A stretch of DNA of 63,631 bases, counting the filler, from Folioceros fuciformis (taxonomy: Eukaryota), in assembly GCA_049999805.1 (NCBI GenBank). It is 5 parts of 5 records of this genome, joined end to end, with 100 filler letters (N's around TTAATTAATTAA, not from the genome) between each part and the next. Parts side by side here need not be neighbours in the genome. Positions count along the whole stretch, not along the records: positions 22,850 to 41,488 come from JBNGIO010004473.1; positions 41,589 to 60,080 come from JBNGIO010004474.1; 3 more parts are not named here. One strand, 5' to 3'. Positions 38,491-50,377 of the stretch are shown one piece after another (the stretch's first letter is position 1; each line of letters begins with the position of its first letter). Position numbers and translations under genes: made by a program. The notes under the pieces are model-generated. The model had not been told where the DNA came from and did no database searches. It worked only from the letters and a program-made list of their open reading frames with translations.

Positions 38491-39301
38491 ATGGCGGCTG
38501 CAACTCCCTCATCTTTGTCGCTCTTACGCTCCTCCTTCCTCGCCCTTTTGCTGCTGGCCCCGCTGCTGCTCCGCCTGCCTCGCTGCATCGCGGCCGTTGA
38601 CGCCAGCCTCGCATCACATGTAAGAAGACCGTCCCCGCCGCCGCATGCATTGATCCACTTTGCGTGCAACCTTGGCCTCTTCGCATCGCTTGTTTTCGCA
38701 ATTGCCATTTTCTTAGACCCGCTGCTTTCTGCCTGTGTCGCTTATGCTTGCAATGGAGGCAATTGCCTCTTCTCAGACTAGGTACTAGCTATTTGCTGCT
38801 CCAGCCGTCTGCTCAATTCCGCATATCTCCTCTCCAGTTCGTAACATGGAGGCAATTGGTCCTTTTCTTGGAATCGCTGGCTGACGCCTGACCTAATGGC
38901 ATGCCTCGCCTATTCGTACTACGGAGGCAATGCTTTCAGTCTGTTGCATTCTCATGTGTGCTGACTGACGCACGTCTCTCCTGTTTCTACTTCGGAGGCA
39001 ATTTGCCACTTTCCTAGACTCTATGCGAGCTCGCTGTCTGCCTGCTGAGAGCTCTCGGATTGCTGCTCCTTCGCTCTTTTGACCGGCCGGCGAATGTTGT
39101 GTTCAGGGTGTGGAGCTGAGGAGGACAAGCGAGTCTGAGATGCGGGGTTTGAAGAGCGCTCACGGGAGACCTGGCTCCAAGCCACCTCAGTGCCACGACG
39201 AGTGCAGGAATTGCCGCGGGGAATGCAGCGCAAGGCCTGTCTATTTGGACAGGAACAGCGCTCATGGCCACGCTGTTTGGACCTGTACTTGTCTCTATTA
39301 G
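38491..39301 (+). CDS. EPF/EPFL-family secreted Cys-rich peptide precursor, 107 aa; exons 38491-38619 and 39107-39301
   Basis: Signal-peptide exon with donor CAT|GTAAG and acceptor TTCAG|GGT in phase 0. Mature region GSKPPQCHDECRNCRGECSARPV...WTCTC has six Cys. Confidence 0.8.
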
Positions 39302-39517
39302 CAACTATCACGTCCGAGATGTGTCTTGAGGAGATAGTACGCTACGCGGGAAGAAGCGGAGCGTGTTGAATCCGTCCTGAAGCCGGCAGTTGTTTGTTTA
39401 GGCTGATCCAATTTTGACATCTCTGACTAGACTAGCTATTCTATTCCCGTCAAAACTCTGTACATTTCCAGGTGTTTCATAATTTCATGTCCAATATCCT
39501 AGGCTTTTCCAGACAGA

Positions 39518-41488
39518 CTACAGTTTTCTCGTACTTTCGTTGTTGTTGTTGTTGCTCGGCTTGCCGGCAACGACTTGTCCTGTGGTCAAATCTGGTCCTT
39601 GTGCCTCATCCACGGGTCGCGGAGGGAATGGATCTTCTATATCTATCTCTTCGTACTTCTCTTCTGAAAAGCTCTATAACATCAATAATATATTTTATAT
39701 TGAAATTTCTTTTGTAATTTTAGGATAAGTATTCAAATACCTGGCCATGGTAGTGGAGGATTTAGTTTCGCCTTCAACATTGCAGCTATTTCTTCTGGGG
39801 TTGGTCCTTCATCTACAGAATGCCAATTATAATTTTTTCAAAAGAAAATTTTAATAAGTATATTAAATATGTTAATAAGAAAAAGAGTTACCGTCATCAT
39901 CTTCACCCTTTTTCCCTTTCTTTCCTTTCTTCCCTTTTTTGTCTTTCTTGTCCTTTTTATCCTTTCCTTGCTTGCCCTTTTTCCCCTTTTTCCCTTTCTC
40001 CCCTTTCTTTCCCCCTTCTTCTTTCTTTATCAATTCAGGCGGCACGAAGTATGGGTCCTTTTTCGCAGGAGCTCCTTTCTTAGCTTTCTTCTTCTTGACA
40101 GGAGCAACAACCTGTGTTGATGGAACACTAGCAGCTGCTGAAGTTCCAGCAGATGGGTCTTTTAGAGCTACAAGTGGAATAGTTGTTGTTATGTTCTTCA
40201 AAACCATCTTTTTCCCTTATTATACAAATCAATAATTCAAAAAGNNNNNNNNNNNNNNNNNNNNNNNNNNNNNNNNNNNNNNNNNNNNNNNNNNNNNNNN
40301 NNNNNNNNNNNNNNNNNNNNNNNNNNNNNNNNNNNNNNNNNNNNCCATACATCACCTACCATTAGAATTTGGTATAGAAGCTATGAGAACGTTTGGAGTG
40401 GGAGGCAAATCATTTCCAACATTCGCTCCATGAGCCAATAGTTTCTCTTCTCCATGGGGAGTAATAGGTAGTCCTTGTTGTGTAGGTGTAGCTAGCAAAC
40501 CTTGTGCTGTAGGTGTAGTAGACAATCCATTTGAATTGCCATCTGTAATGGTTCTCCTGCATTTCAAACATATGTATAATGGATGTATTTTTTATAGTTA
40601 TTATATTGAGATTCCTTGTTATGAATATTGAAGTGAAGTAAGTTTTTGAGTAATGCCAAACAAATTAGGCACAAAATTGATACATTACATAAAAAAAATA
40701 TCATAGTAATTTAATTACCATTCCCTAAAGCCTCACTAGGCTTTCCTTCTTTTGGAATTTCGGGTGGTGGAGGTTCAGCTACGATAATCAAATGGAAATT
40801 ACAATTAAAGATAATTTAATACTATTTTATAATTTCTAAAAACCATAGGTCAAATCCATTATCAGCTTAATCACACTATAATAAACTTACGAAGCTTTAA
40901 TGTCAATGCCACAATGTCATCATTTTCAACCTACATTGTTTATGTAAAAAACATTTCAGCTTTAATGTCTTTCTTAGGTGATAATGTGAACTTATATTAT
41001 ATCATATCATTATTATATTATATTATAATCTTAAAAAATAATAAGGAAAGATGTAATACCTTTTGCTCAAAAAGAGTTTTCGCATCTTCAAGTATAATTT
41101 GTTCATGTGAAGGAGTAGCTAGCAAAATGAGGCGTTGTTTATCAACATAATTTTCACTTAAAGTTTGCAATCTTTGTTTCACTTCCAACACTGTTTCCAG
41201 TGCATGACAATATATAAAATATGTAGTTCTTTTTCTCTTCACTCTCATGTATATGCTTGGTAATAAGATTTTATCTAATAAAGTCTGGTGCACATTGGGA
41301 AAATCTTTTAAACATAATTCTTTACTAATTTTCTTAACTTAGTATAATGTATTTAATCTAGAAAAATCAATGTCTTACCACTGGTTCAAAATTGATTTTC
41401 TCAAGAGGTGGAAGCAAAGGAGAACGTGGTGGAGGTGCAGGCTCTTTCTTCTTCTTCCATTTCTTTTTCCCGCCCTTCTTTTTTGGAC
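39518..41488 (-). CDS. Elongin-B-like ubiquitin-fold protein with a large Pro/Lys-rich insertion; 5' end cut by the scaffold end
   Basis: IYMRVKRKRTTYFIYC..ETVLEVKQRL..QRLILL..LEDAKTLFEQK|VENDDIVALTLKL, then phase-1 exons (PEPPPP, TPT-rich, GKK repeats), then EEKYEEIDIEDPFPP...RKL*. Confidence 0.72.
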
Positions 41489-41588
41489 NNNNNNNNNNNN
41501 NNNNNNNNNNNNNNNNNNNNNNNNNNNNNNNNTTAATTAATTAANNNNNNNNNNNNNNNNNNNNNNNNNNNNNNNNNNNNNNNNNNNN
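41489..41588. other. Artificial scaffold-joining spacer
   Basis: N-run + TTAATTAATTAA + N-run. Confidence 0.95.
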
Positions 41589-41761
41589 TTGTCATTCACA
41601 ATCCTAGACAATGCACTTTTAGAAGCTGCTATTGAAAACTTCTCTATTGTCCATCTAGTCAACTCCTTAAGTGTGCAAGAGTATTGGACATAATATTCGC
41701 AAACCTCTTTCTTTTGTTGCTTTGTTAGGGTAGCATGCTTGCGCAGCAGCTTGGGCGGCAT
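41589..41761 (-). mobile_element. N-terminal CENP-B/ABP1-type HTH of a pogo/Tigger-like transposase, truncated by the scaffold end
   Basis: MPPK..TLTKQQKKEVCEYY..TLKELTRW..EKFSI..SKSALSRIV. A possible terminus TA|CCGCTAGTAG lies at about 42256. Confidence 0.65.
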
Positions 41762-42501
41762 TAAAGCGGGACAAACCCTCACCCGTTCGGATCCATCTCT
41801 CACTCACAATCATTCGCTTTCTTTTATTTCTTTTTTTGTTAGGGTTAGGATTTGTAGTTCAGCATCCATCCTCCACAGCAAGGTGTGCAGCAGACTTTGC
41901 CATTCACAATAGACCTTGCTATTCACAATAGACCTTGCCATTCACAACAGACCTTGCCATTCACCGTTCTCTCTTGTGTGCACCATCTCTCAGGTCTCCA
42001 CACACACCCCTAACTGGCCTCTTGTGTGTAAAGCTATTTCACAGCCCATGACGGCATGGCAGGCTCGTCAAGCGTGTAGGGCTCCTCCTCCTTCCTCATG
42101 TCCTATTCCTACATGATCATCCTTCGATGTGATGTGCCCATGACGAACCCTAAACCCATGGCTATGGCGTGGTTTTTTCCTTTGTGTAACTTGTACTTAA
42201 AAACATGCCCATGTTGTGCAAGAACCCTAAACAAAACCTTATGGGTCTACTAGCGGTACGCACAGAGGAAAAATAATCTGGTGTATTATGAGATGGATCC
42301 GTGACATGGGTGTGTATATAATGGGCATCTATATTAAATTTTGAGGTATATTCTTATATAAAATACGTATTTGGAAAAAAATATGTTTGTCCAGTCACTG
42401 TCCCTATCGATATTCCATAGGTTACATGGTAGGGATTCTTTTATATATTTTAAAACTCAAGATTAGATAAAATAATATATTTTGCCCAGAGGATCGATCT
42501 T

Positions 42502-45306
42502 CTACTGCTGGTAGCAGGAGCCGAAGTGGTCAGGAGCAGCTCGGCCTCGACCATCTGCAGGTGCCGCCGGCACGCCTCTTCTATTGAGGAGGCATCGAAA
42601 GTCGTGAAATCGCTGGTGAGCGGCCTCCGGGCCTTGCGACGTCACCGCCAGCGGGCTCCACAGTCGCTCTGCTGCGGCGGCAGCGCGGGGCCAGATTGTT
42701 TGGAGGAGGTCGGAGGCGTCCACTGTCTCGCCCCACATGCACACCTCGCCCCCCAGCACCAGTCTCTGCTGTTGCGGGTCGGTGATGCTCTGCAGAGGCT
42801 CGTTGCTGTAGAACTGCTGCCACTTCACGTCCAGGTGGTCTAGGTACCACACGTCTTGGTCGCTCACGATGGTTCGGAAGCCTGCTGCCACTATCTTGGG
42901 TGCCACGCCTGGTCCCAGCCTGCAAATGTGCGCATGCAATTGAGCACTTTAGGACGGGCTAAGCTTTCGCTCGTCTCATTCATGCGCGCGTTTCATACTC
43001 ACCAGTTATGCACCACGGTCTTCTTGTTCAGTCTGGATCCGAAGCTGTCGAATGGCTCCTCCCTGAAAGAAGCGAGGCATGTGGTGGTGCTTTTCAGGTT
43101 ACGGACAGGAACAGGGATTTACGTGCAAGCGCAGGTGGCCCAGGTGAGGAGGGATGACTTATATACCAGTTGACAGGAGTCTTGCCATGGGAGAGGGCAA
43201 TCTGTTGCACCCGAATCACGAATTCCGCGTACGCCTCGAACGCTGTGATGTTGCGCTCTTTGAGCCTGTGCAGCCAGTTCACTTGAGCACGAGTGCGGTT
43301 TCATAGAAGATGAACTGCGCAGACAGGGTTGTGCGATCGGTGTCGCGCAGTGTACCAGCTTCTCACATGCGGTGTGGTGCTCCAGCAGCCTGCACAACAG
43401 GATCGCCAGGGAAAAATCCTGAGAAGGACGGAACATTGCTAACCGCGTGAGAATGTACCGGCAGCATACGTGATTTCGTTGGACGTTCAGTCTAGCAAGA
43501 CTTACTTGTGTTCACCTCATCCCCGCCTAGATGCGCCAGCTCGAAGGGAAACAACTGAGAAAAATCTGCAGAAGCATAGATTGAAGCCATAAAACAACCA
43601 AGAAACAGGTCAGGACATTGGAACAGTGCGGGCATGATATGGCGAGTCGGACGCCAACGCACAAGCAGACAACCATACCAGACAGCACTCCATCGATGAG
43701 CTGAAAGGTGAAGTTACTGCTCACGTCCAACGGCTCCTGGCAGCTTTCAGAAGGCCAGAGCTGCGGATAGCCTTTGCCCCTCCACTCATGCCACCATGCC
43801 AGTCCTTGCAAATTAGTGCCAAGGACCAGGACGCTAGGCTGAATTCAACTCCACTCAACCTTCATTAAGACGGAGCATACCAGGATCGAGCATGGCCCGG
43901 GCTATCCAGCTCCGGCATCACATGGATCCCGCGAAGTCGAGCGTACCTGTTCGAGGATGGCAAGCCGCAATCCGTCAACTAAACAACCTGAAGGACATTG
44001 TCTAAATTCCCTGGAAGCAATTTGACGCAGAAGACCAAATTACTCGACAATGTCCTTCACGTCCTCGACTGTGAAGCGCTCCTGCGCGGAGAAGGCCCCT
44101 TCCCACAGCCGAGGGAATGACGGTGTCTCAATCGGAAACGATTCCGAGTCTACGATGTGCCAGTGCAGGACATTCTGCATCCACATGCTGTCACCTCATC
44201 CAACTGAAAAACAGAGAAACACCTCCCAAGTATTTTGAATTTCTTGAGTAGGATAAGCAGGGGTGTGGCTACCATTTTGGCATGCGTCATGGAGTCGATA
44301 ACCTTTCGGATGCTGCTCAAAGGCTGGTAATGCCGCGCTGTGTCTGCCCAATCCAAATGAATGACATTGTGCAGCGCAGTGTCAACAGGGCTGTGAGCAT
44401 GCGACGGGGACCAAAACAAACAAATCACGTCTCTCGAGAGAACTCTTGGCCTGCCATGGCTAGGATACGAGTTCTGAACTCCCACCGATCAACAGCCCCC
44501 GAAACGGGAAGCGAGGCTCATCCACAACTGTCACGGGGGCTTGTCCAATTCCAAACGTCCTGCTTTCGACGTCGAAGGAAACGAGCTGACTGAAGGTCTG
44601 GATATGAACGCGACTACGTCACCATGCATGCCTTGAGTCCGCACACACAAGAGCTGTGCACTGCTACTGCCACAACCAGTGGCGTCCACGCTCAATGCGA
44701 GGGCTGGATGATCATAAGCACGTACCTCAATCCCGTGCAGAGCACCGTAAACCGTCTCCGCCTGCAACAATTCTGCTGTCCCGTCACTACGATGGCCCGT
44801 TACAGCTCTCACAAATCGACAATATGTCACAACCATTGCAAGAATCGTCTCTGAGCGAGAGGCCAACCGTGATGAGAGCACACGTGCCATCGGCGGGGTC
44901 TGGCACAGACAACGTGTAGGACTCGTTCGTTCCCAGGTTCAACTGCAATCAAGTCACGACACAAACGCAACCNNNNNNNNNNNNNNNNNNNNNNNNNNNN
45001 NNNNNNNNNNNNNNNNNNNNNNNNNNNNNNNNNNNNNNNNNNNNNNNNNNNNNNNNNNNNNNNNNNNNNNNNCTCGAGGTACCGCGCGAAGGCGGTTTGG
45101 AGCACTGCAGATTCCAGATCGGAGACGAAGGCAAAGGACGGCGACAGCTCCACACCATTGTCGGCCCAGCTCAGATCCTTGGGCTGGGGCCACGGAGTAG
45201 GGCTGCTGTATTCAGCATCTGCCGATGTCGATGTCGAGTCCGACAGTAAGCACAGCGCCACAGCCACAAGTTGGCACGTTACCAAGTGCCAGCTCCAGCG
45301 GGCCAT
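42502..45306 (-). CDS. HEXO: Beta-hexosaminidase (GH20, HEXO1-like), many exons, one internal gap
   Basis: Signal peptide + WPQP; ETVYGALHGIE; NVLHWHIVDSESFP; ELDSPGHARSW; HLGGDEVN; WYLDHLD; GGEVCMWGETVD..IWPRAAAAAERLWS. Confidence 0.94.
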
Positions 45307-45964
45307 AGAAGCCTAGGAATGGCGTCAAGCTTGTGAGCTCTGCAGATCCAGATCTTGCTACTGGCCGGATCGGTTCCCTCCAGAGGCGATCTATAATCCT
45401 GCAGGCCGGCATTTTCGATGCCCTCTCCACAAAATGCTGCCGACCGCAGGTACGGGAATGCAGGTTGATGCCGTGCCGCCGTGGTCTGTCGTTCACGGGA
45501 TGGCCATACATGCATTCCTTTTGCGTTTTCACGGACGGCGTCGGTGTAAAGTACCGCTCAATTGGCAAGCTTGTAACCTTGGGGTTTTCACCTCACAGCT
45601 CACTGCCACAAATCTTTTCACCAAATTCAGCATATCCGACGAATGGGGGCAGCACGAAAATACACCAAACCCAGCTCTCGGTACTGGAATCAGTTCGAAG
45701 TTATTCCCGTCCCCAGCAAAAACTTGAGAGACGAAGGGAGAAGGATCTGAATGAAGGGACGGTCAAGCAGCGTCGTCCGGACAGCTCGGCCTCGAGGCGA
45801 CGACATGTGGTTTACTATGCCCTGCTCGTCACTACTCATTTCATGCTATTCACAACAGGCCTGTTACCTACTAGTATACAAAGCTCAGCAGAAGATTCTT
45901 ACAACAAGGAGGACCCGACAGGAACCGTTCTTTCTCAGAACGTATGGTCACGTTACAAAGAAGC

Positions 45965-48140
45965 TCAGAAGCCTCGATCTTGCAAAGCCTCTCCCAGTTG
46001 TTTGTACAGGCTGATTTGCTCTTCGATCTTCAGGGTACCTAGAATCTGAGACCACGTGTTTCACAAATACGTCGCCATCAGACAAAAACATCACCTGCGC
46101 TTCTGCGAGGAGTGCACAACTGAACTGTGAGCCCAAAGGTAGGAACCAAACAATGCCTCCAACCTGATCCAGAAACACCTCTACGCTGTAACGTTGGGGA
46201 GCGATGAAAGACTGGTAGTATGTGTAGGAAAATACAGCCATGACCATCTGTGCTCAAGAACCCCGCAACATAGCACAATTTAGAAGAACAAATATGCCTG
46301 TCAAGAACCTAGCAAAGCAACCGCTGAGCAGAAACCAAACAGACCTGACAGTCCATGCGATCAGTGATCCCACCATGGCCAGGAATGCTGTCGCCAAAGT
46401 CCTGTTACAGTACCCATAGTCAGCGGCTTATGCAATTCTGGTGCTCAGACGTTGAAAATCCTGAGGAAAAGCAAGGGTTACGAGCCAAAAAGAGTAACCT
46501 TGATTTTGAAGGCCCTCTTGAAACCGCTGGCAAAAAACCCTCCAAATGGAGCAATATTGGAGGCAAATAATCCAAATGCCATTGCATGCTGCTGCACCGG
46601 CATTATGTATACTTCCTTCCACGGAAACTGGCAACATTGAACCAGAAAGGAAACAGCGCACAGGGCACAGACGTATCTCATTAAACCATAATCTGTGCGC
46701 TGAACAGGTATGCGCACATTACGCAGTCATGACCACAGAATCATTCGAGGCTCTGTTGGGAGCTTACCCAAACTGACAACCATTGTGGAAGACTATATGC
46801 CACAGGTCGAAAAAGGGGTCCAGGATCACAATTCAACCATCCCGTCGATAAGTCCTGCACACTTTTCCATGTCCATTACCGTTTTGAAAAGCTTCAACTT
46901 AGTTAGAACATCCAAAAAACACTTTGCATACCTTGCGAGGGCATGTAAGCCAAGAAAATTGACCAAGATAGTACGCCAGCTGCAAACACAATCACCCAAA
47001 GTCAGCCGCCTCTCTAACACCAGTCAGCCTCCAAAACTTCTGGATATACTTTGCTACCCAAAGGCTTTCAACTTCTGAGAAAAACTGGCAGCTAAAGTAG
47101 AGAACCCTACCACAAACGCTGAGACTACAGTTATGAAGGATGCCCCGATAAATCCTTCCCAGGTTTTCTTTGGTGAGAGCTGGATCAGAGGAGTTCGACC
47201 AAAGAAGAAGCCACAAAAGTAGGCTGCTATGTCATTGATGACAATAAGGGACGCTGGCAGAAGAAACCTGCACAAAGGCACCACTGTATGAGCATCAGTC
47301 TGTCCGGAGGTTTAGCCAGCCGTCGTGTAAGAGCAAGCAGCCAACTTACCAAATGATCCCTTCAAATATGTTGGCAACGGTGAAAGACGACTGTGCGAAG
47401 ACAACAAAGAGAATCATGTGTGTCCAGGCAAACTGTGAGAACTGATACTTATACATCCCCTTCTTCAGCGTCAAGATGAACCAGACAAATCCTGTATCAT
47501 CCCGATAACAAAGGTCAGTTCAGTCGCGAGGCATTGCCACAACCACTTCTGGTACGCTAGAATTTGACTACTAGGCTTGCTGAATGCTCCAGCCACAGCG
47601 TAGGAGCTGAAGTTGGGTGAGGCCAAGTACCTGCAATGTACATGAAGTAACAGGTGATCATGTGGTACTTGATGAATCCGCTAAACAGATCCGAGAGGAC
47701 AACATCTGACGAGATTGTTTTCACCAGTTGTTTTTTCAAAAACCGTCCGTATACATACACCATAGCTGTCAAAAAAAAATGCCTGGGACGAGGCCACCTT
47801 GTTACGATCGAAGCAAGAAGCCAGAGCCAGCGAAGAAGCGATGGATCCTAGCAAAGAGAGAATGAGTGGCTCACCAGTTCAGAAGGCGAAATCCAGGCAA
47901 TTGCTTCTCGCTCTGCGCTGCCCTGGCGAGAGTAAAGAGCTCCTGAGCCATGAAGAGCTGGATGACAACGATCATGGCCCAAATGTAGAGGTGGCCCATG
48001 TAGACGATGAGAATGAAGCCCCCAATCATCCAGACCGAGGAAAGCACGCGAGTGCGCATGCTTTTGTACTTGTTGCGGTCGTGCATCAGGAGGTGATCTT
48101 GCAGCACATTGGTGACCTTCATGGCGGTGGCGGTCGTCAT
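45965..48140 (-). CDS. CDS: Phosphatidate cytidylyltransferase (CDP-diacylglycerol synthase, CDS1/2-like)
   Basis: [85 protein letters not shown]. Start codon uncertain (48140 or the next ATG near 48122). Confidence 0.94.
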
Positions 48141-48859
48141 CCCGCTGGCGCAGCGCGGGATGAGGCCCTCCAAGACCGAGAGCCTCGCCCAGCTATATCA
48201 TATCCAGGGGGGCAGCGTCCCTTTAAGCCCTGCCTTTGCTCCAGCTGCTGCTGCTGCGGCAGGTCCTTCCCCTCCCGCCCACAATGCTCTCCAGCGCTAG
48301 CGCCAGGGTAGGATGAGAATTCCGTGGAGTCCCAGTCCCGCAACCAGGCGGAAACCAAGGATCGGAAGCTTCTCGTCGCTCGTGCTGCTTGACACGTCCC
48401 GCATAGCCACGCGTTAAGCCTTTCTCAGCTTGCCTGCTGTGCTGTTGCTCTTCTTGTGGCGTGCCGAGTAGTGGCAAAAACAGAGATCCCCGTTTGTCTC
48501 TATATAAACATGTTACAGTACATACCGAGGTTTAAAAGAACTCGGTGCTTTCCTCTCGATGAAAGACCATCTGCACCGTCCTTCACAGTGGTGGGCAAGC
48601 GGTCCCGGAACGATGGCAACGGTACGGCAGTGAAACCGGTCGTCGACCCAGCCAATTAAATCGCTGTGTCTTGAGGGATTCTGCTGGGAGGTCCCGCTCA
48701 CTTCACCTCACCTCACCTCAGGGAATCAACTACTGGCATACTCCCAAGCATCCAGGTCCAGCACTGTTTATAGCCAAGCACTTCCACTGCCACTGCCGAG
48801 AATTCGTGTGGATGGGAATGGGTTTTCAGGATGACGAGCAGGAACATTTGCGAGAGCAA

Positions 48860-49793
48860 TTCACCATGTTCAACCCAGATTGGGCTGATGATGAGCAGCT
48901 CGTGTCAGTGGATGCGCAGATGGGTAGTGCTGCTTCTCCTTTGAAGTCGAGATCTCCGGGTAAGCCTGGCCCTGAAAGGCGTGCAAGAGCATGCCTGCCA
49001 TGCGTGAGCACTTTATGTCAGCAGGGGAAGCTTTCTTCTGAGTCCGTTGGAGCTCTGGAATCTCTGGCGCAGACAGACTTTTCTATTCCTCAGTCCGTGT
49101 TTTACAGCGTCCTACAACCATGTCACGCTAAGAAGGATGTGGTTGTGCGCAATGGTCGGTAAGGCGGCGCCTATCCTGTATGAACGAATGGAGCAGGAGG
49201 GCCTCGGTTTGGCTCACCATGTTACTTTGGCTTGCCTTCCGAAGGCCTGTGTGCCAGTCCTGGTGTTGGTGCTGGTGCCTTGCAGAGTGTCAGGCACCCG
49301 GCTGGTGGACATGTATGCCAGAAGTGGTGAACTGAAAGATGCACCCCAGGTTTTTGAAAGCTTGCCCTCAGAGGATGTGGTGCATGAAATGCCCCCGATA
49401 AGCATGCAAAGCAAAGACACGGCCAGGAGGCGCTTGTTGTGTATGAGCGCATGGAGCGCGAGGGCCTGGTTTCAGCTGACAAGGCTACTATTGCCTATCT
49501 TTTTGGGGCCTGCAAAAGTCACGGGGATGGATAGAGCGCAATGACCTCAATCCTGCAACATGACGTTAGTGCTCGCAAGGCTACAAAAGTCTGCAACGCT
49601 CCTCGGTGATATGGAGAGGGCAATTCAGTGTTCTGAAAGGCTTGTGAGACTGGAGCCCCAGCATGCATGGGAGTATGTGCCCATGCCTGATGCAGGTAGG
49701 TGGACCGATGTCAACAGGATTGAAACACAGAGAATGGTCGCAGGAGCTGACCAGTGTAGGAGTGAGATAGCAGCCCTGGGATCAGGTAGTTAA
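48860..49793 (+). pseudogene. Heavily deleted PLS-class PPR pseudogene, ending in an E-domain remnant
   Basis: LCQQGKL..SVGALESLAQTD; LVDMYARSGELKDAPQVFESLPSEDVV; GDMERAIQCSERLVRLEP..DAGRWTDV. Frameshifted. Confidence 0.85.
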
Positions 49794-50377
49794 GAGTATC
49801 ATTCGGCTCTAGAGAGGTCACTTACCCTTCCTGTCACACTCACCTATCGCTTCAGCACGAAGATGTCCATTGAACTGGAAGTCGTGCACAATGCAGTAAG
49901 AGGGCTTTCTTGACCTTTCTGTCCGGGCAAAACCCAGGTAGACTGCCAGGCAGCTTTGACGGAGTGTGGGAGTTGGGATGAAAAGCGATACAAAACTATT
50001 CATCCTTGTCGTGCGAGCAGTGATAGTCTCTTGGAAAGATTTGGTAGTGAAGGGACGACACTCGCCGCCTCCTGGGGACCCTTTCAAGCATGGCAACCTC
50101 CCTGCGAAGTGGTAGGCTTACATGGTTTTAAGACACAAGCTTATCTCTCCCCCTTAAGCTTCTCCTGTAGGTTCTTATCTTCCCCAGCCCCACAACATGC
50201 CAAAACATCCCGATGTACGTTTATTTATGTATTAGAAATCAGGAGGATGCGTGGCCGGTTGTATCGTCCACCCGCATAATGTGGCCAAACGTTATGGCAT
50301 GTGCCTTCAAAGTTCCACGAAACAAGATACGAGTGGGCGTCTCCCCCAGTATCCGTGTTACATTCACCGACATTCGG

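Noticed and set aside
39872-40207. Lys-rich ORF as a stand-alone histone H1 or protamine-like gene
   Set aside because: It ends at a splice donor and is phase-compatible with the neighbouring Elongin-B-like exons. No globular H1 domain.
48120-48205. Alternative-frame ALRQR motif upstream of the CDP-DAG synthase start, suggesting a frameshifted N-terminus
   Set aside because: That frame is closed upstream by ATG ATA TAG, and in-frame ATGs in good context exist.
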